A stretch of 64,000 nt of DNA from contig MFDN01000015.1 in assembly GCA_001776935.1 (NCBI GenBank), positions 102,578 through 166,577 of the forward strand. Reading direction: 5' to 3'. A program made the translations under genes and the position numbers. The notes beneath the pieces were generated by a model that ran no database searches, was not told the DNA's origin, and saw only the letters and a list, made by a program, of their open reading frames with translations. This DNA is from Candidatus Daviesbacteria bacterium RIFCSPLOWO2_01_FULL_39_23 (GTDB taxonomy: Bacteria; Patescibacteriota; Microgenomatia; Daviesbacterales; UBA10151). Positions 50,274 to 59,625 of the stretch are shown here, piece by piece. Position 1 is the first letter of the stretch. Every line of letters begins with the position of its first letter.

Positions 50274-51491
50274 CTAGAAAGGATTTTTTGATAAATTAGT
50301 CAGAAAAAATAACTTAATCCATTCTTTGGAAATAGGTACTCCTGTTAGAAATGGAAAAATTAAAATAAAACTGATAATAAATAAAAGTAAAATTATAAAT
50401 GCTAATTTTCTTTTTTCCTTATCCTCAAGTAGCGCATTAAGCATGTGACCTAATACAAGACTTAAGAAGGGTACAGACGGGCTAAAATGGTACAGAAACA
50501 TAATTCGGGGAGATGCAGCCCATGGTAGCCAGAAAGCAAAAAATCCCAGTAAAATTATTGCTAAATTTACAGCTTTTTTTCTAATTGCCTCTAAAACAGT
50601 CAAAATTATCGCAATTCCACCTGCCCAAAAAACTGCCGGATTGCCTGAGGTGAAAATATTGGCCATGGTGTCTTTTTGGTAATCTACAAAATACCAGACT
50701 GGATATAAATTAAGGGGCCATGACCACCAGGGCGATGCATAGCCGTGTGTGGCTTTTAGTCCGGTATGATACCACCACATTTGCTGCTGCAGCTGGATAA
50801 ATTGATCAATAGTATGTCCCAGCAGAAAAAAAGGCAAATAACTAATCAGATAGATAATAGGTGGAATAAAAACAAAAAACAAAATCTTTAAGTATTGTTT
50901 ACTAAACAGTAATAAAGGTATAAAAATGAGGTAGGAATAAACAGCTGCCCATTTGCTGGATAAAGCCAGCCCTAAAACGATTGCAGAAAGCAAAAATCGT
51001 TTATTTAAAAAACAATAGATTGACCCCAGTAAAAAAGTGACAAAATAAATATCATTCATGCCGGTGCGGGATTGGACAAAATTAAGACCGTCTAAAGAAA
51101 ACACAAAAGCGGAAAGCAAGGAAGCAGTTTGATTTTTTAAAAGCTTTAACCCCAAAAGATAAATTAAATAGACTGATAAAACTCCAAGCAAGGCTCCCGG
51201 TAATCTGTATGCCCAGGCATTTTCTGTTTTGAAAATAAACATGGAGACAGTCATTATTTCTTTAGCAAGAGGCGGGTGGGTCCATTCATAAGCTACTCCC
51301 GGGGGAGGTGTAGTCCACCATTCCCATGCTTCTTTTGAGCCTTTTAAATATTCTTTTGCAGTAAATGCATGATAAACCTCATCAAAAACATATTTGTTTG
51401 GGTAATCAAGTCGAAACAAACGTAAGAAGGCAGTTAAAAGTAAAATGATTATTAAGATATGTTTTGGTTTAAGTTTCGGAAGATATGGCAT
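50274..51491 (-). CDS. Protein O-mannosyltransferase (PMT/GT39-like)
   Basis: FDEVYH, HPPLAK, SR..MND, SKW, H.YASPWWSWPL, GNP, FLYHF. Confidence 0.88.
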   Translation of the reverse strand: MPYLPKLKPKHILIIILLLTAFLRLFRLDYPNKYVFDEVYHAFTAKEYLKGSKEAWEWWTTPPPGVAYEWTHPPLAKEIMTVSMFIFKTENAWAYRLPGALLGVLSVYLIYLLGLKLLKNQTASLLSAFVFSLDGLNFVQSRTGMNDIYFVTFLLGSIYCFLNKRFLLSAIVLGLALSSKWAAVYSYLIFIPLLLFSKQYLKILFFVFIPPIIYLISYLPFFLLGHTIDQFIQLQQQMWWYHTGLKATHGYASPWWSWPLNLYPVWYFVDYQKDTMANIFTSGNPAVFWAGGIAIILTVLEAIRKKAVNLAIILLGFFAFWLPWAASPRIMFLYHFSPSVPFLSLVLGHMLNALLEDKEKRKLAFIILLLFIISFILIFPFLTGVPISKEWIKLFFLTNLSKNPF

Positions 51492-52680
51492 AATTTTTTA
51501 TTATACTAATAACGATTAGGATAAAGAGAATCGTTGAAACTAACGATAACCCTTTGCTGTTGGTATCTAGAAAATTATATATGATTGGATTATAGAGCAC
51601 CTTAGGTAATTTAAAATAGAATTCGTTGTAATAAACATAGACATAATACAAGTTTAAGAAATGTAGTAAACTCAATATTCCGGTTAACACCAGTAACAAT
51701 TTAGATTTATATGTAACAGCCACAAGTATCAGAAAAACTAATCCAGGATAGAGATATCTTTCATGGACACGAGTTGGTAAAAAGAAAAACCCCAGTGTTG
51801 CAAGAGCTGCCAATACATAAACGGATAACTGTTTCTTAAGGTATAAATACCCGATTATTATCCAATAGCCTGCCAATAAGATATATCCCCAGCTTTGGTA
51901 GGATATGTCATTCCAAAGTGTGACATCGGGAATCCAAAAGCCTACTGCCCCCCAGAAATTATAAGCAAATAAAGAAGTAACAGTATATTGGCTTGCGGTA
52001 GTTATTATCAAATTAATAAGACCGATTAAGGAATAAGTAAAAAAAGGTAAAGAGAATATAAAGAGAATAATTAAAAAGGGCAGAACTATTTTAATTATAT
52101 TTCTGGTAGAAAAATTGGCTATACTAAATAAAAAATAGACAGGTATTATCGCGATTGTTTGCGGTTTTATTAACAGAGATATCCCAAGCAGTAAGGATGA
52201 AAGAATTAATTTTTTATTTTGAAGAAAATCAATCGTCAGAAAAAGAGAAAGAGCGAGGATGCTGTCAATTTGTCCCCAAATAGAACTATTAAATATTAAA
52301 GCCGGATTTAGAAAAATTAAAAAAGCTGCTAATTTTGCGTAAAACCCCGGTACAATTTGTTTTAATTTTAAATATATTAGTGCACCTAAAATTATTTCAG
52401 CAAAAATCGCGGGGAGTTTAAGTATTAAATAAAAAGTCGGATTATCTATTTGTAGCAAGTTTTTTACAAATACCAATAAACTTAGGATATACATATAACC
52501 AGGGGTATAATCGCTAAAAACCTGATTACTGTAAAACTTACTAAAACCCACTTCGTCAAGCCTTAGAGCCCAGGCAAACCAATCATCAGTATCTATTTTA
52601 AACCCGGGTACATTGGCTAATACCAGCCTGATAGTCAGCCCCCCTATCACCAGAAAAAAAAGGAAGCGATATTTTCTCAT
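51469..52680 (-). CDS. GT-C membrane mannosyltransferase-like protein
   Basis: DYTPG, KLPAI, NPA..FNS..WGQID, KPQ, HERY. Confidence 0.8.
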   Translation of the reverse strand: MRKYRFLFFLVIGGLTIRLVLANVPGFKIDTDDWFAWALRLDEVGFSKFYSNQVFSDYTPGYMYILSLLVFVKNLLQIDNPTFYLILKLPAIFAEIILGALIYLKLKQIVPGFYAKLAAFLIFLNPALIFNSSIWGQIDSILALSLFLTIDFLQNKKLILSSLLLGISLLIKPQTIAIIPVYFLFSIANFSTRNIIKIVLPFLIILFIFSLPFFTYSLIGLINLIITTASQYTVTSLFAYNFWGAVGFWIPDVTLWNDISYQSWGYILLAGYWIIIGYLYLKKQLSVYVLAALATLGFFFLPTRVHERYLYPGLVFLILVAVTYKSKLLLVLTGILSLLHFLNLYYVYVYYNEFYFKLPKVLYNPIIYNFLDTNSKGLSLVSTILFILIVISIIKNYAISSET

Positions 52681-54572
52681 CTTACTTTATAAATACTATA
52701 ATTTCCGCTGTCCAATATTATTGGATATTGATTTAAGAAAGCTCTATTAATATACATATCTTGCGGATCGCTAGATTCCACGACTATGTAATCGATACTA
52801 TTTTTTTCAATTAATGGTTTGGCATTATCAGCACCTGCAAATATCTCGTTGATATCTTTCTCCCGGTCTTGATAATTGATCCCATGTACCCAAAGAAGGC
52901 CCGGATAGCCCATCATTATGGATCTGCCAGCCAAATTACTGACAGGAGAATTATGTAGTTTATATGTTAGAAAAATACTGTCTCTTGGGGTAATTTCTTT
53001 AAGTTTTTCGCCTGTTTCTACTGCCTCTTTGGAAAAAAGAAGATATGTAACATTTATTTCCCTCCATATGGATAGTAAAGCTGATGAAATCATAGTGATT
53101 ATGATGAGTACTGTAGCAATTTTAAAAGACAAGTATTTGAATTTAAATAAATATGTAAAAAAAGAGGCTGCGCTAACAGAAAAAAACAGTCCTGCCCAGA
53201 AAAGAAATTTTACATTATCCCAATTATAAGGTGAAAATAGAGCAAGATTGATTATTACTAATAAAATTAAAGCATTAACTTGTAATATCTTTACCCATTT
53301 AGTGGCTAGCGGGAATATCAGAATAATTAAAGACAACGGGATAAAAAGATATGTATTTTTAAACCAAAACCATATTATGGATTCGTTCTCGCTTTTCATC
53401 CACCAAAGATGAGGTTTAAAAAAACTTTCCGATCCGCTGATATGATTTAAAAATACAGGAATATGGGGCAATGCAAATATTACTGTCAAAAACATTACAA
53501 AGATATAATTTCTCAGTTGGATTTTCCAGTATTGTCTGGCTAGGGTTAACAATCCTATAAGAGGAAGTGTGATTGCCATCGCCAATACTGTGTGGGTATG
53601 CATTAGAGGCATTAATGATATTAAAAGTGCAGCCAGGACTAAATCAAAAATACTGTGATGTCTGTCGGTATTTTTAAAAAATAGCAGTCGTAGAATAATA
53701 ATTCCTGCCGGAATTCCGAAAAGCAAAGACCTTTCAGGAATTATCATCCTGGAAAGAAAATTACCCCATTGGATATTTTGTTCAAACAGATGGGAATACT
53801 CTTTGAGCATGGTAGGGTTTAGTAAAGCCTGGATAATTGATGTTAGATTGAATGAATAATCGCTTAAGAAAAATATAAATCCTAATCCTCCGTTAAAAAA
53901 GTAAAGAAGCACAGCAAAGAAGCTTTTCAGCCCATCCCTTGTTAAATTATAAGTAAAGTCATAAATTAAACCGATTAGACTTAAGGAAAGCATAAGACCG
54001 GGTATGATAATCGACAGACGTAGCGACCAGCCTTCAAAAACTAAAATTGCTGAAAAAAAATTTATTAAATAAGGATATGCAAGTTGAGCATTTGCATAGA
54101 ATGGATTATCCGGAGGAAATTTGTAACCGTAAGCGATATGGGAAATTATACTTAAATGAAATGGCAGATCACCATATGTACTTTCACCTGTTTGTAAATT
54201 TCCTTTGACTGAAGGAATAATATGATGATTAAAAAGTGTAAAAAGTATCAGTCCGATTACGATTGTTAAAATAAATAATAATTTTTCTTTAAAAAGGTTT
54301 TGTAAACAAGGCAAGAAATTTAAATTAATTTTATATTTTAAAAAATAAAATATTTCAAATAATATAACTATAAAGTGGGCTATATAAATACCCGTGGGAA
54401 ATGAAAAGATGATGCTGCTAAAATAATTGATTGCAGTAAATAAAATAATTCCCAAAGAAACAATATAAGAAATTTCCGAAAATTTTGGTATGGTAATTGA
54501 CAACCTTTTTGTTACAATTACTCCCAATATTAAGCTTATAAAAAGGCTGAAAAACGGAAGGATAAATGACAT
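52677..54572 (-). CDS. Large polytopic GT-C-like membrane protein
   Basis: YGDLPFH, YPYL.NF, ERS..FG, WDNVK, LAGR....GY.G.LW.HG; start uncertain. Confidence 0.7.
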   Translation of the reverse strand: MSFILPFFSLFISLILGVIVTKRLSITIPKFSEISYIVSLGIILFTAINYFSSIIFSFPTGIYIAHFIVILFEIFYFLKYKINLNFLPCLQNLFKEKLLFILTIVIGLILFTLFNHHIIPSVKGNLQTGESTYGDLPFHLSIISHIAYGYKFPPDNPFYANAQLAYPYLINFFSAILVFEGWSLRLSIIIPGLMLSLSLIGLIYDFTYNLTRDGLKSFFAVLLYFFNGGLGFIFFLSDYSFNLTSIIQALLNPTMLKEYSHLFEQNIQWGNFLSRMIIPERSLLFGIPAGIIILRLLFFKNTDRHHSIFDLVLAALLISLMPLMHTHTVLAMAITLPLIGLLTLARQYWKIQLRNYIFVMFLTVIFALPHIPVFLNHISGSESFFKPHLWWMKSENESIIWFWFKNTYLFIPLSLIILIFPLATKWVKILQVNALILLVIINLALFSPYNWDNVKFLFWAGLFFSVSAASFFTYLFKFKYLSFKIATVLIIITMISSALLSIWREINVTYLLFSKEAVETGEKLKEITPRDSIFLTYKLHNSPVSNLAGRSIMMGYPGLLWVHGINYQDREKDINEIFAGADNAKPLIEKNSIDYIVVESSDPQDMYINRAFLNQYPIILDSGNYSIYKVR

Positions 54573-55570
54573 TAATAAATAATACCAGATTAGTAGTAAT
54601 TTTAGGTCCGACATCGACAGGTAAAACAGATTTGGCCTTAAACCTTGCTAAAAAATTTAACGGAGAATTATTATCTTGCGACTCAAGGCAGGTTTATCGG
54701 GGGCTGGATATTGGGACTGGAAAATATCCAAATTTAAATATCAAATATCAAATATCAAATATCAAAAAGAGGAAAGCGCATTGGGAAATAGAGGGGGTTA
54801 AAATCTCGATGTATGATGTGGCTGATCCAAAAAAACAATATACGGTTTATGATTTCATAAAAGACGCAACCCCAATCATTGATGATATTTTAAAAAGAGG
54901 AAAACTTCCTATTATAGTAGGGGGTACTGGGTTGTACTTAAAAGCTTTACTTGAGGGTATTCCTAATTTGGGAATCCCGGTTTCGGAGAAATTAAGGATG
55001 CAGCTGCAAAAACTTTCTAAAGATGAGCTGCAGGGAAAATTACAACAAATAGCTCCTGATAGATGGGAGCGTATGAATTACTCGGACAGACAAAACCCCA
55101 GAAGGTTAATCAGGGCAATAGAGATTGTCATTCAGCTCACTGTAAACAAGCTCAGGACTCAGGATGACAAAGGTAGAAGTCAAAATGACACTTACGTTTT
55201 AAAAATCGGATTAACTGCACCGCGCGATATTTTATATCAAAGAATCGATAAGCGGGTTATCATCAGGGTTAATCAGGGGATGATTGATGAAGCACAGCAG
55301 TTACATAAGAGGGGCCTGAGTTTAAAAAGAATGAGACAATTGGGGCTTGAGTATGGAGTTTTAGCTGATTTTCTGGAGGGCAAAATTAAAAGTAAGGAGG
55401 AATTGATTAAAGTATTGCAGGGCAAAATTCATGGTTTTGCCAGAAGACAGCTTACTTGGTTTAAGAAAGAGAAAAATGTATCTTGGGTTGATACAGAAGG
55501 TAGAAATTATTTCCAAAAAGTAGAGAATTTGATTTGTAAATGGTATGATAATCCTATAAATGTCGCATAA
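54566..55570 (+). CDS. miaA: tRNA dimethylallyltransferase
   Basis: GPTSTGKT, DSRQVYRGLDIGTGK, VGGTGLY, NPRRLIRAIE, ARRQLTWF. Confidence 0.96.
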   Translation: MTLINNTRLVVILGPTSTGKTDLALNLAKKFNGELLSCDSRQVYRGLDIGTGKYPNLNIKYQISNIKKRKAHWEIEGVKISMYDVADPKKQYTVYDFIKDATPIIDDILKRGKLPIIVGGTGLYLKALLEGIPNLGIPVSEKLRMQLQKLSKDELQGKLQQIAPDRWERMNYSDRQNPRRLIRAIEIVIQLTVNKLRTQDDKGRSQNDTYVLKIGLTAPRDILYQRIDKRVIIRVNQGMIDEAQQLHKRGLSLKRMRQLGLEYGVLADFLEGKIKSKEELIKVLQGKIHGFARRQLTWFKKEKNVSWVDTEGRNYFQKVENLICKWYDNPINVA

Positions 55571-56528
55571 AATTGATATTTCGCATAAAACAATAATTTT
55601 TGTTGCTTTATTCATCCTATCTTTATGGATAATATTTTTAATCCGTGATCTTTTGATAATTTTATTTATTGCGGTAATTTTTGTATCTGCTTTATCGCCT
55701 TTGGTAAAATTTTTTATTAAATTAAAACTTCCGAAAGTTTTAAGCATTGCTCTAACGTACATTATTATAATAGCAATAGTAACGGGTTTAATTGTAAGCA
55801 TAGTGCCGCCGCTTATTGAGCAAAGCAGTAAACTGGTGGTTGCATCTCCGGCACTTGTGGCTCAATTTTTTAATGTTACTAATCTTGACAGATCAATATT
55901 TTCCCAGGAATTAACAAATATTTCAAAAAATTTATTCTCAATTACCTTGTCTATATTCGATAACTTGGTTACAATAATATTTCTCCTGGTTTTAAGTTTT
56001 TATATGCTTTTAGAAAAAGAAAAGCTTGAAACCCGCTTAGCTTCATTATTTGGCAGCAAAGAAGAAAGAGTTAAGTTATTAATTGTGAAGATCGAAGAAA
56101 AACTAGGCGCATGGCTGCAGGGTCAGTTAATACTGAGTCTTGTAATAGGCATCCTTTCATACATCGGACTTACTCTTCTAAATATTCCCTATGCTTTGCC
56201 TCTTGCTATGATAGCCGGCATTATGGAGGTTATTCCGGTTATCGGACCGATAATTTCAGCATTGCCTGCAATTTTTCTGGCGCTGACAATATCCCCGTTT
56301 TTAAGTATTGCAGTTGCAGTTATGTATCTTGTGATTCAACAGCTGGAAAATAATTTGATTGTGCCTCAGGTAATGAAAAGAGCGGTTGGCTTAAACCCTT
56401 TGATAGTTATTCTGGCCATTGCTATAGGAAGCAGATTGCTGGGTATAGCAGGCGCTTTATTGGCAGTTCCGTTGGCAGTTGTGATACAAATAATTGCTGC
56501 TGAAATAATTGAGGAAAAAAAGATATAG
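55560..56528 (+). CDS. AI-2E family transporter
   Basis: WLQGQL, IPVIGP, IQQLENNLIVP.VM..AVGLNP, GIAGALLAVP. Confidence 0.92.
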   Translation: MSHKIDISHKTIIFVALFILSLWIIFLIRDLLIILFIAVIFVSALSPLVKFFIKLKLPKVLSIALTYIIIIAIVTGLIVSIVPPLIEQSSKLVVASPALVAQFFNVTNLDRSIFSQELTNISKNLFSITLSIFDNLVTIIFLLVLSFYMLLEKEKLETRLASLFGSKEERVKLLIVKIEEKLGAWLQGQLILSLVIGILSYIGLTLLNIPYALPLAMIAGIMEVIPVIGPIISALPAIFLALTISPFLSIAVAVMYLVIQQLENNLIVPQVMKRAVGLNPLIVILAIAIGSRLLGIAGALLAVPLAVVIQIIAAEIIEEKKI

Positions 56529-56543
56529 TTGTATAATATAGGG

Positions 56544-56836
56544 GCCTGGGAAGAAGGATAATCGGTCCGCCTTTGGCGGACAGGAAAGTCCAGACAGCAA
56601 AAAGCAGGGTGATCTGCGTAAGCAGGTAGCCGTAAGGCCTAGTTAGAGTAACAGAAACGATCTGGGTGACGCCAGCTGAAACGACCAAGTGACTGGGTAT
56701 CCCGCCTTAAGGCGGGAGGACAATCCTCCCCGCTGCAATCCTAGAATCAACAGAGCCGCTTGCTCAATTGTTGTAATCAGGAGCATTAGATAAATGATTA
56801 TCTTGAAACAGAATCTGGCTTACTATCTTCCTAGGC
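56544..56836 (+). ncRNA. rnpB: RNase P RNA
   Basis: P1 GCCTGGGAAGA/TCTTCCTAGGC, universal GGAAAGTCC and ACAGAATCTGGCTTA P4 segments, ACAGAAACG and TGAAACG; TATAAT upstream. Confidence 0.93.
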
Positions 56837-56870
56837 AAATTTTTCTTCCCCTATAGTATACTAATTATAG

Positions 56871-58397
56871 ATGCTTGCAAAGATAATTTCAGGAGCTAAT
56901 ATAGGCCTTGATGCGGTTTCTATTACAGTGGAGGTTGATGTAAGCGGCCAATCTTTACCTTCTTTTACTATTGTGGGGTTAGGAGACAGGGCAGTTGAAG
57001 AGAGTAAAGAAAGAGTCCGGGCTGCATTCAGGAACACCGGCGTAGATTTTCCTTTGCATAGGATTGTTGTTAATTTGGCGCCGGCTGATTTACCAAAAGA
57101 AGGACCATCCTACGATCTGCCTATTGCTTTGGGTTTGCTCTTGGCATCGGGTCAAATAACTGCGGGAAAAACAGATTTGTCTAAAACTTTAATTGTAGGA
57201 GAATTATCATTGGATGGTTATCTTAGGAAAATCAATGGAGTATTGCCTTTGGCAATTCTAGCAAAAAATAGCGGCATAAATAAGATGATAGTTCCAAAAG
57301 AAAATGGGGCAGAAGCGGCAATTGTTGAGGGCTTAGAAGTAATGGCTCCTCAGGATCTGCGGCAGCTCGTGAGAGTTCTATTAGGACAGGAAGTTTTGGA
57401 ACCTGAGAAAAGGAATACTTCAAATTTAGAAGATAATATAAACTATGAATATGATTTTTCCCAAATTAAAGGACAGGAGCAGGCAAAACGCGCATTGGAA
57501 ATATCTGCTGCCGGCGGACACAATATCCTGCTTAAAGGTCCTCCCGGAGCAGGAAAAACTTTACTCGCCAGAGCTTTTCCGTCGATTTTACCACCTCTTG
57601 TTCTGGATGAGGCAATAGAAATAACTAAAATTTATTCAATAGCGGGCCTTATTCCGGATGGCAGATCGCTAATTACCAAGCGTCCGTTCAGGTCGCCGCA
57701 TCACAGTGCTTCATATGTGGGGTTATTGGGAGGAGGGGTTAATGTCAGGCCGGGAGAAATTTCGCTTGCTCATAGGGGAGTTCTATTTTTGGATGAGGTG
57801 GCAGAATTCCCACGCCAAAGCCTGGAAAGCTTGCGTCAGCCGCTTGAGGATCGAGTTATTACAATTTCAAGAGCGTCAGGATCTATTAATTTACCGTCAC
57901 GGTTTATTCTGTTTGCTGCTCAAAACCCTTGTCCCTGCGGATTTCTGGGAGATAAGAAGAGAAGTTGTTCTTGTATGCCCGGCCAGATTGCCAAATACAA
58001 AAGAAAGATTTCCGGACCATTTTTGGACAGGATAGATATTTATCTTGAGGTTCCTCCGGTGGAGGTAGATAAACTGGCATCGGATTTAAAAGTTGAAAGC
58101 TCCTTTGAAATCAGAAAAAGAGTAATTGAAGCAAGAAAGATTCAGGAAAAGAGATTCAAAAATAAAATTCTTACTAACGCTGAGATGAGAAACGAGGATA
58201 TTAAAGAGTGCTGTACTGTTACAAGCGAAGGTTTGGAGCTTTTAAAGATGGCTATTTCTTCCCTTAATCTTTCGGCCAGAGGTTATCACCGGGTCCTAAA
58301 ATTATCAAGGACTATTGCAGATTTATCCGCTTCCGAAAATATTCAGGCTGAACATATAGCAGAAAGCTTGCAGTACCGTGCAAGAGAAGAGAGCTGA
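56871..58397 (+). CDS. comM: ComM/YifB Mg-chelatase-like AAA+ ATPase
   Basis: NLAPADLPKEG..YDLPIA, GPPGAGKT, PFRSPHHS, GEISLAHRGVLFLDE, NPCPCG. Confidence 0.95.
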   Translation: MLAKIISGANIGLDAVSITVEVDVSGQSLPSFTIVGLGDRAVEESKERVRAAFRNTGVDFPLHRIVVNLAPADLPKEGPSYDLPIALGLLLASGQITAGKTDLSKTLIVGELSLDGYLRKINGVLPLAILAKNSGINKMIVPKENGAEAAIVEGLEVMAPQDLRQLVRVLLGQEVLEPEKRNTSNLEDNINYEYDFSQIKGQEQAKRALEISAAGGHNILLKGPPGAGKTLLARAFPSILPPLVLDEAIEITKIYSIAGLIPDGRSLITKRPFRSPHHSASYVGLLGGGVNVRPGEISLAHRGVLFLDEVAEFPRQSLESLRQPLEDRVITISRASGSINLPSRFILFAAQNPCPCGFLGDKKRSCSCMPGQIAKYKRKISGPFLDRIDIYLEVPPVEVDKLASDLKVESSFEIRKRVIEARKIQEKRFKNKILTNAEMRNEDIKECCTVTSEGLELLKMAISSLNLSARGYHRVLKLSRTIADLSASENIQAEHIAESLQYRAREES

Positions 58398-58451
58398 CTA
58401 TAATAGACTTCCCCGGGATAACTATCATTTTAAGCTATCCGCTTTAACCTA

Positions 58452-58500
58452 CAAAAAATCCCACTTTCCCCAGCGAAGCTGGATTTTGCGGGATTTTTTG
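58452..58500. terminator. Bidirectional terminator between convergent genes
   Basis: CAAAAAATCCC...GGGATTTTTTG with an internal CCAGC-GAA-GCTGG hairpin. Confidence 0.65.
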
Positions 58501-58541
58501 AAACGGCGATCCATCGGCTTGTGCCTCAGGATACCAATTTT

Positions 58542-58679
58542 TTAGCCACCGATTTTAAACATGGAGGTTCCACAAACCGGGCAAGTGCCTTTTGAGGCTT
58601 TTTTACCATTTTTCATAGTTACCTCTTGTACATTTTCGGCGTCTCTTTTTTGGCGGCATTTTACACAATACATTTGCAT
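58542..58679 (-). CDS. Small zinc-ribbon protein (DUF5679-like; absent from the ORF track)
   Basis: Hand translation: MQMYCVKCRQKRDAENVQEVTMKNGKKASKGTCPVCGTSMFKIGG; strong SD AGGGGGTGA upstream. Confidence 0.85.
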   Translation of the reverse strand: MQMYCVKCRQKRDAENVQEVTMKNGKKASKGTCPVCGTSMFKIGG

Positions 58680-58701
58680 AATTAAGTATTTCACCCCCTT
58701 T

Positions 58702-59022
58702 CTAAAATATTCTTAAATTCAGAAGATTGTTTTTTAAGAGAAAAAATAATGAAATTTGCGCTCCGATAGCCATAGAGGAAAGTATTAAAATTTTTGCCAA
58801 GTCGTGGCGTAGGTAAGCGAAATCGGTTCGGAACGACTCGGAATGACTCGGTGCGCCAGAGTATTGGTGTGTTAGAATTCCAGTTCCGGTTAACTGATTC
58901 TCCGATTTAACTGGTTCTCCGATTCTTTCTGAGTTTTCTGAATTCTTCCCATAGACTTGTCTGCGCAGTATTTGTAAGCGTTTTTCCAGGTCTGAAAGTT
59001 TTGCAGTTTGTTGGTATGCCAT
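58702..59022 (-). CDS. Hypothetical protein with a C-terminal TM helix
   Basis: 106-aa ORF with a low-complexity middle and YLRHDLAKILILS followed by a hydrophobic helix. Confidence 0.65.
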   Translation of the reverse strand: MAYQQTAKLSDLEKRLQILRRQVYGKNSENSERIGEPVKSENQLTGTGILTHQYSGAPSHSESFRTDFAYLRHDLAKILILSSMAIGAQISLFFLLKNNLLNLRIF

Positions 59023-59151
59023 GCTAAGTTTTAGATCGAGCGTGCGAAATGAGCCTAGCACGAACAGTTGAGGCTGTCAAGCACCAGTTGTATTGTCGAA
59101 TATTGTAGTTGACAATATTTGCATTCATAAAGTATATTGAAAGAGTAACTT

Positions 59152-59625
59152 ATGTATCCGGATTGGTTCGTCATTGCCTTGCCTGCAATGGCGGTAATTT
59201 TTCTTTGGCTTGGATTTTTAAGTTTTTTTATTGGGAGGCAAAATAAATTTCTAAAATCACTTTTTCCTAAATCAGGAGAAAGGGATATAAGGAAAAAGTT
59301 TGAAGAGATACGAGAAACGGTGGAAGGATTTCAAAAAGAGTTATTCGGTATAAGCAAGAAGATAGAAACGGTTGAAGAAGAGGGGTTTCAGCACATACAA
59401 AGAGTTGAACTTATGCGGTTTAACCCTTATGATGATACAGGAGGAGACCAAAGCTTTACTGTAGCATTATTAAATAACGAAGGGTCTGGTATTGTTGTAA
59501 GTAGCTTGCATGCAAGATCAGGAACAAGGGTATTTGCAAAGGATGTAAAAGAGGGAAAGGGCGGCAAGTATCAGCTCTCTAAAGAGGAAGAGCTGGTTAT
59601 TAAGAAGGCAATGGAAGATAAATGA
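59152..59625 (+). CDS. DUF4446 family protein
   Basis: N-terminal TM, RFNPYDDTGGDQSF..ALL...G.G.V.SSLH.R..TRVFAK, LSKEE. Confidence 0.85.
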   Translation: MYPDWFVIALPAMAVIFLWLGFLSFFIGRQNKFLKSLFPKSGERDIRKKFEEIRETVEGFQKELFGISKKIETVEEEGFQHIQRVELMRFNPYDDTGGDQSFTVALLNNEGSGIVVSSLHARSGTRVFAKDVKEGKGGKYQLSKEEELVIKKAMEDK

